Of a stretch of 64,000 nt of DNA, positions 42,968 to 53,036 are shown one piece after another. The stretch comes from Candidatus Omnitrophota bacterium (GTDB lineage Bacteria > Omnitrophota > Gorgyraeia > Zapsychrales > Fredricksoniimonadaceae). The stretch is from assembly GCA_037131245.1 (NCBI GenBank), contig JBAXRK010000007.1:7226-71225 (forward strand), in the 5' to 3' direction. The notes below the pieces were generated by a model. That model saw nothing but the letters and a program-made list of their open reading frames with translations, did not search any database and was not told the origin of the DNA. Every line of letters begins with the position of its first letter. Position 1 is the stretch's first letter. The translations under genes were made by a program, and so were the position numbers.

Positions 42968-43345
42968 ATGAAGAACTGGTCCGTTTTAATTCTGTTAGCG
43001 GCGGCCTGCGGTCTGGTGTCATGCTCAAAACTGCAGTATATTGACCAGGCTTTTGCGGTGAAAGCTTATTCGGATGAGCAGGATGCCATGGCCCGGGATG
43101 TTGCGCGCCGGGACGCGCAGTTTGAGCAACTGCTGGAGATGGTCCGTCGTGGCGAAGCCACGGGTGCGGTAAAGACGGCAGCGCAGCTGGAGGGCCGGTG
43201 GGGGCCTCCGGTCCTCAAACGCGATGCCCCGGGGAAGGGGTGGGCGACGTGGCTGTACCGTTATCAGCTTAAGCGGCAGGGGGCCAAGGTATATGTCCTT
43301 ATCCGGCCCGATGGGAGTATTGATGGGTTCCATCTTGAAGAGTAA
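42968..43345 (+). CDS. Small lipoprotein, unknown function
   Basis: MKNWSVLILLAAACGLVSC contains a lipobox (LVSC). Confidence 0.55.
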   Translation: MKNWSVLILLAAACGLVSCSKLQYIDQAFAVKAYSDEQDAMARDVARRDAQFEQLLEMVRRGEATGAVKTAAQLEGRWGPPVLKRDAPGKGWATWLYRYQLKRQGAKVYVLIRPDGSIDGFHLEE

Positions 43346-43387
43346 AATTTCCGGCGTTAAGTCAAAAGAAAGAGAGAGGAACATGAT

Positions 43388-43765
43388 ATGGTGAAGAAGA
43401 TCCTGGTTGTTGACGATGATCCGGTGGAAATAGCTCTTCTGGAAGGCCGTCTGACCAAGGCGGGTTATGATGTTGACCTGGCGTTCAACGGTGAGCAGGG
43501 GCTTAAGTTCGCCAGGGCGATCGCGCCTGCCTTGATCATCCTTGACGTTGAAATGCCGGAAATGAACGGGTATACGTTCCTTCACGAGCTCAGGAAGATC
43601 GAGGGCTTCATGGAAACACCGGTCATTGTCCTGACTGCGCATGAAGAAAATCAAAAGATCTTCGCCCGCAAGGGGGTTTCCCATTATCTGATCAAGCCGG
43701 TTAATTTTGAGGTGCTGTTCCAGTTAATGGACAAGGTCATCGGGCCCGGGCCGGCTAAAAACTGA
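43388..43765 (+). CDS. Stand-alone response-regulator receiver domain (CheY-like)
   Basis: ILVVDDD, the phospho-acceptor context ILDVEMPEMNG, and LIKP are present. It is 125 aa with no output domain. Confidence 0.85.
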   Translation: MVKKILVVDDDPVEIALLEGRLTKAGYDVDLAFNGEQGLKFARAIAPALIILDVEMPEMNGYTFLHELRKIEGFMETPVIVLTAHEENQKIFARKGVSHYLIKPVNFEVLFQLMDKVIGPGPAKN

Positions 43766-43766
43766 T

Positions 43767-44828
43767 ATGCCTTTGGTCGATATCCTGCTCTTTATTTTTC
43801 TTGGGATCCTGGGAGCGGCGGTCATTACGTTGATCGTGCAGAACACTCGTTTGAGTGAATTGATCCGTTCCCAGCGGGATGACGCGCGCGCCCGTGATAC
43901 CAGCGCGCTGGCGGGAGAGGAAGCCCGCCGGGTCTCGCTTGAGGGGGCGGTGCGCTCGCTGGAAGACAAACTACGCGCGTACGACGCGCTCTTGCGCGAG
44001 TGGGAAAAAGACCGCGCCCAGAAGTTCGGGCAGTTGTCGAGCGAGCTCCAGGGAGCGAATCAGGCTACCATACGCTTACAGCAGACGACCCAGGCCCTGG
44101 CGAGCACGCTGAGCAATAATAAGCTGCGCGGCCAGTGGGGGGAGCGGATGGCCGAGGATATTATCCGTTATGCCGGCCTGTTGGAAAATATCAATTACCG
44201 CAAGCAGGTCGCTTTGGGTTCCAGCGGGACCCGGCCGGATTTTGTTTTCCTTTTGCCGGAAGAGCGCGTGGTGAACATGGATGTGAAATTCCCGTTGAAT
44301 AATTATCTGGCTATGGTCAATGCTTCGACCCAACCTGAGCGGGAGGCATCCGAAAAAGAGTTTTTCAAGAATGTCCGCGCCCGTATTAAGGAGCTCCGCG
44401 GCCGCGAGTATATCAATCCGGCGGAGAACACCCTCGATTTTGTCCTGCTGTTCATTCCTAACGAGCAGGTGTTCGGGTTCATGCAGGAAAAAGCGCCGGA
44501 GATCATGGACGAGGCGCTCAGGGATAAGGTGGTCCTTTGCTCGCCGTTCACGCTTTTTGCGGTCCTGAGCGTTATCCGCCAGGCGCATGAACATTTCCGT
44601 TTTGAAAAGGATATTAAAAAGATCCTCGGGCATATTGACCTGTTTGCCAAACATTTTGAGACCTTCAAAGGGCGCTTTATCGAGTTCGGCGAGCTCATTG
44701 TCAAGCTCCAGGATAAATACGCTGACCTGCGGGATACCAGTTTCAAGCAGATCGAGACAAAGCTCAGGCATATTGAGGAACATAAAAGCGGCTCAGCGGT
44801 AACGGATGATAAGCCGGAGGCAAGTTGA
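43767..44828 (+). CDS. rmuC: DNA recombination protein RmuC
   Basis: It has an N-terminal TM segment plus coiled coil. The C-terminal RmuC nuclease-like region has RPDFVFLLP and MDVKFPL. Confidence 0.8.
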   Translation: MPLVDILLFIFLGILGAAVITLIVQNTRLSELIRSQRDDARARDTSALAGEEARRVSLEGAVRSLEDKLRAYDALLREWEKDRAQKFGQLSSELQGANQATIRLQQTTQALASTLSNNKLRGQWGERMAEDIIRYAGLLENINYRKQVALGSSGTRPDFVFLLPEERVVNMDVKFPLNNYLAMVNASTQPEREASEKEFFKNVRARIKELRGREYINPAENTLDFVLLFIPNEQVFGFMQEKAPEIMDEALRDKVVLCSPFTLFAVLSVIRQAHEHFRFEKDIKKILGHIDLFAKHFETFKGRFIEFGELIVKLQDKYADLRDTSFKQIETKLRHIEEHKSGSAVTDDKPEAS

Positions 44829-45469
44829 TGGCTGTTGTGCGTTATGAGCGGTATTTGGGTGATGTGGTGGCTTTTTCTGCCGACGCGGTGTTGGACCTCC
44901 TTCCGGGGGGGTGCGCGGTTATTTTTCCCAAGCAGGTCCATGGGGATGTTATTTGGGACGTGACGGCCAAAGACAATGCTTTAAGCGGTGTTCATGAGGC
45001 TGACGCGATCGTGACGGCCGAGACGGGCCTCGCGGTCGCGGTGCGCACGGCGGATTGCTTGCCGCTTTTATTATTCTCGCCGGGAAAGAAGGTGGTTGCG
45101 GCCGTCCATGCCGGTTGGAAAAGTACCCGCCTGGATATCGTGGCCAAGACGGTCGGTTTGCTGAAGAAGAAATATGGGGCCGATCCGGCGGGAATCAAGG
45201 TCGCGATCGGTCCGTGTATCCGCCCCCGGAGTTATCAGGTAGGGGCGGAGTTCAAGGCGTTCTTTCCTAAGGAAGTTGCCGAGCTGGACGGGCGCCTGTG
45301 TTTTGATATCGCGGCGGCCAATCGCCGTCAGTTGCTTGGCCAAGGGATCCTACCGGAAAATATATTTGATAGTGGCTATGACACTTACGCGGATAAACAG
45401 TGGCATTCTTTTCGCCGGGATGGCGATGCTTCCGGCCGGAGTGTTCACGCGATCATGATGCGGGGGTGA
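44825..45469 (+). CDS. pgeF: Laccase-domain protein YfiH/PgeF (peptidoglycan editing factor / purine nucleoside phosphorylase)
   Basis: Motifs are QVHG, DAIVT, RTADCLPLL and AAVHAGWKS. Confidence 0.8.
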   Translation: MMAVVRYERYLGDVVAFSADAVLDLLPGGCAVIFPKQVHGDVIWDVTAKDNALSGVHEADAIVTAETGLAVAVRTADCLPLLLFSPGKKVVAAVHAGWKSTRLDIVAKTVGLLKKKYGADPAGIKVAIGPCIRPRSYQVGAEFKAFFPKEVAELDGRLCFDIAAANRRQLLGQGILPENIFDSGYDTYADKQWHSFRRDGDASGRSVHAIMMRG

Positions 45470-45471
45470 CC

Positions 45472-45789
45472 ATGGGGCATATAGTTGTGCTGGTGACCGC
45501 CAAGGACCAGAGCGAGGCTGAAAAGATCGCACGCGCCCTGCTGGAGAAAAAGCTGGCGGCGTGTTGTAATATTATCGGGGGGATCCGTTCCTTGTACTGG
45601 TGGCAGGGGAAGATCGCGGATGGCCACGAGGTCCTTTTGCTGGTCAAGAGCCGCGCGGATCTTTTTGAAGAAATAAAAGGGACGGTCATCGCCTGTCACA
45701 GCTATACCGTCCCTGAGATCATCGCCCTGCCGGTTTCGGATGGCAGCGCGCCGTATCTGGCCTGGCTTGACGCAAGCCTTAGATCTTGA
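45472..45789 (+). CDS. cutA: Divalent-cation tolerance protein CutA
   Basis: The internal ATG 45472 gives MGHIVVLVTAKDQSEAEKIARALLEKKLAACCNI. YWWQGKI and HSYTVPEI are present. Confidence 0.85.
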   Translation: MGHIVVLVTAKDQSEAEKIARALLEKKLAACCNIIGGIRSLYWWQGKIADGHEVLLLVKSRADLFEEIKGTVIACHSYTVPEIIALPVSDGSAPYLAWLDASLRS

Positions 45790-47212
45790 TCTTATCGATG
45801 TAACTCTCCAGCTTTGCCTTTTCCTTGATCCCCTTGATCACGCGGTTCATGGCGGACACTTTTTGCTCTTCGTAGATCGAAGCGGCAAAATCCTTCTTAA
45901 CGTCAGCGAATTTCTTTTCATCCACGGGCTGTAATGCTTCAAAGTGCAGGATCACCGGCCCGCGGGAGGTCGTGACCACGTCGCTGAGTGGTTTGGCGCT
46001 GCTCAGGGTGAAAGCCGCGGCGGAAAAGTCCTCCGACAGGCCGATCTCCGGGACATATTCCCCCAGAGCGAAGAAGGGGGTGGTTTTCCTGGTCAGGTTG
46101 AGTTCGGTAAGAGCGGTCTCAAAGGCCACATTGGCGGCTGTTTTGGCCAGGAGGTCTTTCTGGATCCCGGCGGCTTTGTTTTTTGCCAGGGCCAGGGATC
46201 TTTCGCTAAGGATCTTTTCCTTGATCGCGTTCACGGCCTTATCAAACGGCGGGATGGAGGCGGGCTTTTTTTCGCTCACCTTGATCACCTGAGAGCCGCT
46301 GTCCGTTTTGACCGGTTTGAGGATCTCGCCCGCTTTCGCTTCAAAAGCTTTCTGCAGGGTTTCCAGCGGCCAGTTGAGGCCCATATCAGCTTGTTCCATG
46401 TTGAAAAAACCGGTTTCCTTGACCTGAGCTCCGGCGGCAAGGGCGGATTTATTGAAATCATCGGAGGATTTGACCGTCTCGTAGAAGGCAAGGGCTTTGG
46501 TGGCGTTCGTGAACGTGGCGTAGCTGAGGTTCACCGACTCCGGCTCAAGGAAATCCTGCCGGTGGGCGTCAAAATACTGCTGGAGCTCCGGGTTGTCGAT
46601 CTTGACCTCGCTGACAAAGCTCTTGGGATCGATGAGCGTATAGCTGACCTGGATCTTCTGGTTACGCCGTTCGTACTCTTTGCGCACGGCCTCATCGGAA
46701 ATACTTAGCCCCTCGGTATCTTCACGGAAGAGTTTTGCGATCTTGATCTGGTCGCGGATGCCTTCTTCGAAAGCGCGGGGCTCGCGCTGGAACGAATATT
46801 TGATGATGTTCTCATAGGAAGGGCGGTCGAATTCGCCGTCGCGCTGAAAGAAGGGGACTTCGGCGATATAGGCGATCACTTCCGGGTCGGAGGCCTTGAT
46901 CCCGCGGCGGTCGGCTTCTTTAACGAGCAGCAGGCGTGTCCAGGCTTCATTATCGAGGTCCATCATGGCGCTGACCTTGCGGAAATTATCGCCGTACATC
47001 ATCATGGCCTGGGCGCGGGCGTCGAGGTATTTTTCGCGGAACTCCTTAATGCTGACTTTTTTCCCGAAAGCTTTACCGGCAGAATCGGTCAGGGATATCT
47101 TGGACCCGTAACGCGACATGCCGAACCCGAACCCGAAAGAGATAATGATGATCCCCGAGATGACCCAGAGGACTTTCTTGGCAACACCTTTGTGGCGCAT
47201 GATCTTGAGCAT
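45779..47212 (-). CDS. Periplasmic chaperone / peptidyl-prolyl isomerase, PpiD/SurA-like
   Basis: It has an N-terminal membrane anchor (KKVLWVISGIIIISFGFGF) and a SurA-N-like chaperone region. The 3' end overlaps cutA by 11 nt (convergent). Confidence 0.65.
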   Translation of the reverse strand: MLKIMRHKGVAKKVLWVISGIIIISFGFGFGMSRYGSKISLTDSAGKAFGKKVSIKEFREKYLDARAQAMMMYGDNFRKVSAMMDLDNEAWTRLLLVKEADRRGIKASDPEVIAYIAEVPFFQRDGEFDRPSYENIIKYSFQREPRAFEEGIRDQIKIAKLFREDTEGLSISDEAVRKEYERRNQKIQVSYTLIDPKSFVSEVKIDNPELQQYFDAHRQDFLEPESVNLSYATFTNATKALAFYETVKSSDDFNKSALAAGAQVKETGFFNMEQADMGLNWPLETLQKAFEAKAGEILKPVKTDSGSQVIKVSEKKPASIPPFDKAVNAIKEKILSERSLALAKNKAAGIQKDLLAKTAANVAFETALTELNLTRKTTPFFALGEYVPEIGLSEDFSAAAFTLSSAKPLSDVVTTSRGPVILHFEALQPVDEKKFADVKKDFAASIYEEQKVSAMNRVIKGIKEKAKLESYIDKIKI

Positions 47213-47390
47213 GGTGAATTCTCCTTATTTTTAAAGAAGTCGATTATATCTACGCCCTACCCGGCTGGCAAGTTATTTCAGGATCCTTCGCTGAAATATT
47301 ATTCTTCTTTACTTATTTGAAACCTCTAATATATAATGAGCGCCATTTTGCTGTGAGAATGGAGTCCTAAACACTACGGAGAAAAGATCA

Positions 47391-48266
47391 ATGAAGGTTT
47401 TAAAGCTGGGTTTACCGAAAGGCAGTTTGCAGGACGCGACCGTCGCCCTTTTTGAAAAGGCGGGGTTCAAGGTCGTGGTATCGAGCCGTTCCTATTTTCC
47501 TCATATTGATGACGTGGAGATCAAACCGGTGCTGCTGCGCGCGCAGGAAATGTCCCGTTACGTCGAGGATGGCACGCTTGATTGTGGTATTACCGGGGCG
47601 GATTGGATCCTGGAGAATGGTTCAAAGATCGATGTTATTACCGAGCTGCAGTATTCGAAAGCCACGTCGAACAAGGTGCGCTGGGTACTGGCCGTGCCGG
47701 AAGACTGCCCGATCAAGTCGGTGAAAGACCTGGGGGGAAAAAAGATCGCGACGGAGGTCGTCGGTATTACGAAGAAATACCTGGCCAAGCATAAGGTCAA
47801 GGCGCATGTCGAATTCAGTTGGGGCGCGACGGAGGCTAAGGTAACGTCGGGGTTGGTGGATGCTATCGTTGAGCTCACCGAGACCGGCAGCAGCCTGCGG
47901 GCGAACAAATTGCGTATCGTGGAAACGTTATGCGAATCTTCCACCCAGTTCATTGCCAACAAGACGGCGGTGAAGGATGCCTGGAAGGTCAAGAAGATGG
48001 AGCAGATCGTTATGCTTCTTAAAGGGGCGTTGGCGGCGAACAATATGGTCGGGCTGAAGCTCAATATTGAAGAAAAGAACCTGAAAGCCGTGCTGGAAAC
48101 ACTGCCCGCGCTGAAGAATCCGACCGTGGCTCCGTTGGCCCGGGAGGGTTGGGTGGCGCTGGAGACGATCATTGACGAGAGTGTCGTGCGGAATATTATC
48201 CCCGCGCTGAAGGAAAGCGGCGCGCAGGGGATTATTGAATATTCGATCAACAAGCTGATTTATTAA
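47391..48266 (+). CDS. hisG: ATP phosphoribosyltransferase (long form)
   Basis: Motifs are [23 protein letters not shown]-like [18 protein letters not shown], and the C-terminal regulatory domain. Confidence 0.88.
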   Translation: MKVLKLGLPKGSLQDATVALFEKAGFKVVVSSRSYFPHIDDVEIKPVLLRAQEMSRYVEDGTLDCGITGADWILENGSKIDVITELQYSKATSNKVRWVLAVPEDCPIKSVKDLGGKKIATEVVGITKKYLAKHKVKAHVEFSWGATEAKVTSGLVDAIVELTETGSSLRANKLRIVETLCESSTQFIANKTAVKDAWKVKKMEQIVMLLKGALAANNMVGLKLNIEEKNLKAVLETLPALKNPTVAPLAREGWVALETIIDESVVRNIIPALKESGAQGIIEYSINKLIY

Positions 48267-48286
48267 TAACCAGGAGGGGTCATTTT

Positions 48287-48388
48287 ATGCCGTGCGGGAG
48301 AAAAAGAAAGCTTCGCAAGATCAAGACACACAAGCGTAAGAAACTGCGCAAGGCTCTGCGTCACCTCAAGAAGCGCGAGACTCGCTAA
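48287..48388 (+). CDS. 33-aa highly basic protein, bS22 / AURKAIP1-COX24-like small ribosomal protein candidate
   Basis: It is absent from the ORF track (too short). ATG 48287 lies 9 nt after AGGAGG. The product is MPCGRKRKLRKIKTHKRKKLRKALRHLKKRETR, ending at TAA 48386-48388. The pattern MP.G(K/R)KRK..K..THKRKK..R resembles bS22-type peptides (from memory). Confidence 0.55.
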   Translation: MPCGRKRKLRKIKTHKRKKLRKALRHLKKRETR

Positions 48389-48400
48389 AGGATAGAAGTT

Positions 48401-49366
48401 ATGCGGCAAAAGCCCGGCTTCATTGCTTTGTTCGCCGCTGGGTTTATTCTTCTGTCGGCTTTCCCAGGGCAGGCGGCACCACCACCCGTAGCGACCGATC
48501 GGCCGCCTACGGCGCGGGGTGTCGCCTGCTACATTATGGGCTATAATGCCGAATTAATGGGCGTCATGGATGAGGCCGCGGATTATTATGAGCGCGCCGT
48601 CAGGGAAGATGGCTCTTCCAAGGCCGCTCGGCTGCGCCTCGCGGCTGCCTTGGCCCAGCTGGAACGTTACGCTGAGGCCCAGCGTGAGGTGCTGGCGGCT
48701 GAGGCGATCGACCCGGCAGATCTGACGAGTCATTATTTGGCCGCCTTGCTCTATTCACAGCAGAAGTTAGAGGATAAAGCTTCGGTCGAGTATGAGCTGA
48801 TTTTTAAAACTTTGGCTGAGCGAAACCCTTCCAGTGGGGAATTCCCGCGCTACCTGGGCCAGCTTTATTATTCCAGAGGCCTGGATGAAAAAGCGATGGA
48901 GCAGTTCGCCGCCGCCCTTAAGCTCGAGCCCAAAAATACAGCGTTACTTTACATCCTCGGCACGTATTATCTTAATGGTTCCCGTCGTGCGGAAGGCTTG
49001 GGGTTGGTAAAACAGTGTCTGTCCCTGGAGCCGTCTAACGCCGATTGCCTCAATTCTCTTGCGTACGCGTACGCTGAGGATAATATTAATCTGGATGAGG
49101 CGCTGGCCCATGTTAACGCGGCGCTGAAAGCGGAACCTGACAATGCTGCTTATCTGGACACGCGTGGCTGGCTCTATTATCGTCAGGGCCAGTATCCGCA
49201 GGCGTTGAAGGAATTAATGCGGGCTGACAGCCTGCTTAAGGATCCGGAGATCCTCGGGCATATCGCTGAAGTTTATCTTAAGCTGGGATCTCCCGAGGAA
49301 GCCAGGAAATATCAGCAGTTACAACAAGAGCAAGTTCTTAATGCCAAAAGCAACAAGGCCCGGTAA
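48401..49366 (+). CDS. Secreted TPR-repeat protein
   Basis: It has a signal peptide (FIALFAAGFILLSAFPGQA) and several TPR units. Confidence 0.7.
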   Translation: MRQKPGFIALFAAGFILLSAFPGQAAPPPVATDRPPTARGVACYIMGYNAELMGVMDEAADYYERAVREDGSSKAARLRLAAALAQLERYAEAQREVLAAEAIDPADLTSHYLAALLYSQQKLEDKASVEYELIFKTLAERNPSSGEFPRYLGQLYYSRGLDEKAMEQFAAALKLEPKNTALLYILGTYYLNGSRRAEGLGLVKQCLSLEPSNADCLNSLAYAYAEDNINLDEALAHVNAALKAEPDNAAYLDTRGWLYYRQGQYPQALKELMRADSLLKDPEILGHIAEVYLKLGSPEEARKYQQLQQEQVLNAKSNKAR

Positions 49367-50240
49367 GTCTTTTACACTGCTATCTCCGGCGAAATTAAAT
49401 CTTGCTTTGCAGGTCGTTGGGCGAGAGCCTGATGGGTTTCATTTGTTGAACACGCTCTTTGAACGCATTGATCTGTCGGATCGTATGGTTTTTCTACCTG
49501 CTGACAAAGGCATCCAGCTTTCCTGCGATCATCCCGGTGTTCCGTTGGACGGGAGGAATCTGGTCGTCAAAGCGGCTTTGGCCTTGCGTGAGGAAACGGG
49601 CGTTTCGCGGGGTGCCAGGATCAGGATCATCAAAAAGATCCCGGTGGCGGCTGGTCTGGCGGGGGGGTCGAGCAATGCGGCGACCGCGCTGCTGGGGCTT
49701 AACAGGTTGTGGGATCTGAAGCTGCCACGGGAGACATTGCTCCGGTTGGCGCGGAAGATCGGCAGCGATGTGGCGTTCTTTTTACATGATACGCCTTTTG
49801 CGCGGGGGACAGGCAGGGGGGATCGTATCCGGCCGCTTGAGATCGCGCCGCGCTACTGGCATGTTCTGATCACGGCCAAACAGCCGCTCCTGACCAAGGA
49901 TGTTTATGAGGCCTACGCCAGCCGCTTTCTTGCCTTGAATGAGGCTGGTTTGACAATAAAATCGGCGGATGTTACCATGTTGATCCGTTCCCTTAAGAAT
50001 AATGATGTTCCGTCGGTAAAGAGGCTGCTTTTCAATGATCTTCAAGGCCCTATTGGGGTCCTTCGTCCCGCTTTGTTAAAGCTTAAGACGCGGGTAGAGC
50101 GCTTGGCCGGAACTGGGGTTTGTTTCTCTGGCAGCGGGCCGTCCATATTTGCTTTAACCGCAACGCGAGCGGAAAGCGAAAAGATCGCGGCGGTTTTTCG
50201 CCGGCAGTATAAGCAGGTCTTTGTGGTGAGAACGGCATAA
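49341..50240 (+). CDS. ispE: 4-diphosphocytidyl-2-C-methyl-D-erythritol kinase
   Basis: Motifs are SPAKLNLALQVVG.R.DGFH and the GHMP kinase motif PVAAGLAGGSSNAA. Confidence 0.88.
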   Translation: MPKATRPGKSFTLLSPAKLNLALQVVGREPDGFHLLNTLFERIDLSDRMVFLPADKGIQLSCDHPGVPLDGRNLVVKAALALREETGVSRGARIRIIKKIPVAAGLAGGSSNAATALLGLNRLWDLKLPRETLLRLARKIGSDVAFFLHDTPFARGTGRGDRIRPLEIAPRYWHVLITAKQPLLTKDVYEAYASRFLALNEAGLTIKSADVTMLIRSLKNNDVPSVKRLLFNDLQGPIGVLRPALLKLKTRVERLAGTGVCFSGSGPSIFALTATRAESEKIAAVFRRQYKQVFVVRTA

Positions 50241-50265
50241 ATTAAAGAAAGAAGGAAACTTCTTT

Positions 50266-50336
50266 TGCCCTGTGGTGTAATGGTAGCACACCGCCCTTTG
50301 GAGGCGAGAGCCATGGTTCGAACCCATGCGGGGCAG
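50266..50336 (+). tRNA. tRNA-Gln (anticodon TTG), no encoded CCA
   Basis: TGCCCTGTGGTGTAATGGTAGCACACCGCCCTTTGGAGGCGAGAGCCATGGTTCGAACCCATGCGGGGCAG folds as a cloverleaf. It has a U1-A72 pair, the anticodon loop CTTTGGA, and one C-A mismatch at 27-43. Confidence 0.8.
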
Positions 50337-50387
50337 GATTTTTTGAGGGTTATCTGAATTACATTTGATTAATAACAAGGAGTTCCC

Positions 50388-51830
50388 GTGGAAATCGACG
50401 AGATCAAGCAGTTCCGTATCCAGAAATTGAACACGCTCCGTGAAAAGGGCCTCAACCCTTATGGCGGGCGGGTGCAGGGCCTAGAGCCGGTTGCTGATGT
50501 GCTTAAAGGTTTCGCCGAGGAAAAGCCGGCTTTTACCGCGGGGCGCGTCATGTCGAAGCGCGATCAGGGTAAGGTTTGCTTTTGCGACCTGATGGATCAG
50601 ACCGGCCGCTTGCAGCTGTTTTTTAAAGAAGCCGTTCTGGCGGATCAATGGGATGTCTTTAAATTGCTCGATATCGGCGACATTATCAGTGCCGAAGGCA
50701 AACTGTTCATTACCCGCACCGGCCAGCAGAGCTTGCGTGTCGAAAAGTTCGCGGTGCTGTCAAAGTCCCTGATGTGCTTGCCGGAAAAGTGGCATGGACT
50801 GAAGGATGTTGATATCCGTTACCGCCAGCGGTATGTCGATATGATCGCGAATCCCGAGGTGAGGGACGTGTTCATCAAGCGCAGCAAGATCGTTTCGTAC
50901 ATTCGCAACTTTCTGGATACCCGCCGCTTTCTTGAGGTCGAGACGCCCATGCTCCAGACGCAGGCTGGCGGGGCCCGCGGCCGCCCGTTCCAGTCAAAAC
51001 ATAATGCGTACAACATGGATGTTTTCCTGCGCATTGCGCCTGAATTGTATCTAAAGCGTTTGCTGGTCGGCGGGCTTGACCGGGTATACGAGATCAACCG
51101 TAATTTCCGTAATGAAGGCGTTTCAACCCGGCATAACCCCGAGTTCACGATGCTTGAGTTGTACCAGGCTTATGGCGATATGCAGGATATGATGGATATT
51201 ACCGAGACGCTCATCAGTTCGCTGGCCAAGGATATTACCGGTGACTATAAGGTGAAGTTCGGTGAGCATACCATTGATTTTACGACGCCCTGGAAGCGTG
51301 TGTCGTTCGCCGGGTTGATCAAGGACAAGTTCGATATCGACCCCACCGATTCCGCCGAGACGATGCTGGCCAAGGTCAAGGTCAAGCGCCCCGGCAATTA
51401 CAAGATGGACAAGCTGACCAAGTCGAATATCATGAAGATCGTCGAGGAAGTGCTTGATGAGGATGCCACGATGGATCCGGTGTTCTTTACTGATTATTTC
51501 ACGTTTCTGTGCCCGTTGGCCAAGACCGATCCGGCGAACCCCGCGCTTTCCAAGCGCTTTGAGTTCTTCATCGCCGGGATGGAAGTGGGCAATGCTTATT
51601 CGGAGCTCAATGACCCTCAGGAACAGCGTTTGCGGTTGGAGGAAGACCTGCAGGACGATACCGAGACCGGTTTGCGCAATATCGACGAAGATTTTGTACG
51701 GGCCCTGGAATACGGTATGCCACCGGCAGGCGGTTTGGGTATCGGCATCGACCGTTTGGTGATGCTGCTGACCAATTCCCCCAGCATCCGGGACGTGATC
51801 CTTTTCCCCTTAATGAAACCTCAGGAATAA
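50388..51830 (+). CDS. lysS: Lysyl-tRNA synthetase, class II
   Basis: The GTG start follows AAGGAG. It has an OB anticodon-binding domain and class II motifs (FRNEG, GGLGIGIDRL). Confidence 0.9.
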   Translation: MEIDEIKQFRIQKLNTLREKGLNPYGGRVQGLEPVADVLKGFAEEKPAFTAGRVMSKRDQGKVCFCDLMDQTGRLQLFFKEAVLADQWDVFKLLDIGDIISAEGKLFITRTGQQSLRVEKFAVLSKSLMCLPEKWHGLKDVDIRYRQRYVDMIANPEVRDVFIKRSKIVSYIRNFLDTRRFLEVETPMLQTQAGGARGRPFQSKHNAYNMDVFLRIAPELYLKRLLVGGLDRVYEINRNFRNEGVSTRHNPEFTMLELYQAYGDMQDMMDITETLISSLAKDITGDYKVKFGEHTIDFTTPWKRVSFAGLIKDKFDIDPTDSAETMLAKVKVKRPGNYKMDKLTKSNIMKIVEEVLDEDATMDPVFFTDYFTFLCPLAKTDPANPALSKRFEFFIAGMEVGNAYSELNDPQEQRLRLEEDLQDDTETGLRNIDEDFVRALEYGMPPAGGLGIGIDRLVMLLTNSPSIRDVILFPLMKPQE

Positions 51831-53033
51831 ATGAATTACGTTCCCTGGCTTAGCCTGCGTTACCTGGTGGCGAAAAAGGATAAATTCCTGGCGTTGATCA
51901 ACTGGGTGTCGATCTTAGGGATTGCTATCGGGGTAGCCGCGCTTATTGTTGTTATCGGGGTCATGACCGGTTTCGACCGTGACCTGCGCGACAAGATCGT
52001 CGGGACTAACGCGCATATCGTCATTGAACGCGAAAGCGGCGTGAAGGGATTTGAGGCCTTACGTGATAAGGTGGCAGGCATCAAGGGCGTGGCGGGCGCG
52101 TCGCCCTATGTTTTGGGAAATGTTTTTCTGGAAAGCGGCAACAGGGCATCGGGCCTGGTGTTGCGCGGTATCGATCCGAAGAATGAGGGCGCGGTCACCA
52201 AGATCGATAAGTACTTGCAAAAAGGTTTCAAGGTCAAGGACCTGAAGCTGGAGCAGGTGATCATCGGTAAAGAAATGGCGCGGTATTACGGTCTTAAAGC
52301 GGGTGATGAGGTCTCCCTGCTTTCACCTGTTTCAGGGGTTGCGGGGGATGGTTGGCGGTTTAAGTTCAAGGTGGCCGCTGTTTTTAATTCCGGCATGTAC
52401 GATTATGATCGTAATTTGATCCTGGTGGATTACAAAAGCGCCCAGGATGTTTTTAACCTCCCGCCGGAGGTGGTTTCCGGCATTGGAGTAAAACTTAATG
52501 ATATCGATCAGGCCGCGCAGGTCAAGGAAGCTATTCGCGCGCAGGTCGGGTTCGCTTACGAGGTGCGCACCTGGATCGAGCAGAACGCTAATTTTTTTGA
52601 GGCGCTTAATCTTGAGAAGTTCGCGATGTTCGTTATCCTCACGTTGATCGTCCTGGTCGCGTCCTTCAATATTATCAGCACGCTGATCGTGACCGTTACA
52701 GCCAAGACCAAGGATATCGGGATCTTACGTTCCATCGGGGTTCCTGCTGCAGCGATCAGGCAGATCTTTACACTTTACGGCGTGGCCCTGGGTTTTATTG
52801 GCACTTTTCTTGGGCTTGCCGGCGGCCTGGGTATCGCTTATGTGCTGCGGGAGACCGAGCTGATCAAATTGCCGCAAACGGTCTACTATATTGACCATCT
52901 TCCGGTGCTTATCCAGGCCAATGATGTGCTCTTGATAACCGGCAGCGCGATGCTGATCAGTTTTCTGGCGACGATCTATCCGTCGGCGAAAGCCGCGGCC
53001 CTTGAGCCGGTGGAAGCGTTGAGGTACCAGTAG
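51831..53033 (+). CDS. Lipoprotein-releasing ABC transporter permease (LolC/LolE family)
   Basis: It has MacB-like FtsX topology and is followed by lolD. Confidence 0.8.
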   Translation: MNYVPWLSLRYLVAKKDKFLALINWVSILGIAIGVAALIVVIGVMTGFDRDLRDKIVGTNAHIVIERESGVKGFEALRDKVAGIKGVAGASPYVLGNVFLESGNRASGLVLRGIDPKNEGAVTKIDKYLQKGFKVKDLKLEQVIIGKEMARYYGLKAGDEVSLLSPVSGVAGDGWRFKFKVAAVFNSGMYDYDRNLILVDYKSAQDVFNLPPEVVSGIGVKLNDIDQAAQVKEAIRAQVGFAYEVRTWIEQNANFFEALNLEKFAMFVILTLIVLVASFNIISTLIVTVTAKTKDIGILRSIGVPAAAIRQIFTLYGVALGFIGTFLGLAGGLGIAYVLRETELIKLPQTVYYIDHLPVLIQANDVLLITGSAMLISFLATIYPSAKAAALEPVEALRYQ

Positions 53034-53036
53034 GCC

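Noticed and set aside
45944-46708. 254-aa plus-strand ORF opposite the PpiD-like gene
   Set aside because: The minus-strand product has a coherent membrane anchor plus chaperone domain. The plus-strand translation is Gly/Arg/Phe-rich with no start context.
47317-47337. TTGAAA ... TATAAT upstream of hisG as a promoter
   Set aside because: The TATAAT at 47332-47337 is good, but the only -35-like hexamer is 9 nt away. The spacing is incompatible with a sigma70 promoter, so it is not reported as a feature.
47558-48253. 231-aa minus-strand ORF opposite hisG
   Set aside because: hisG on the + strand is unambiguous. The antisense ORF is Ser/Thr/Phe-rich with no motif and no RBS.
50042-50378. Minus-strand ORFs (90 aa and 74 aa) downstream of ispE
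   Set aside because: They overlap the ispE 3' end and the tRNA-Gln gene in antisense.
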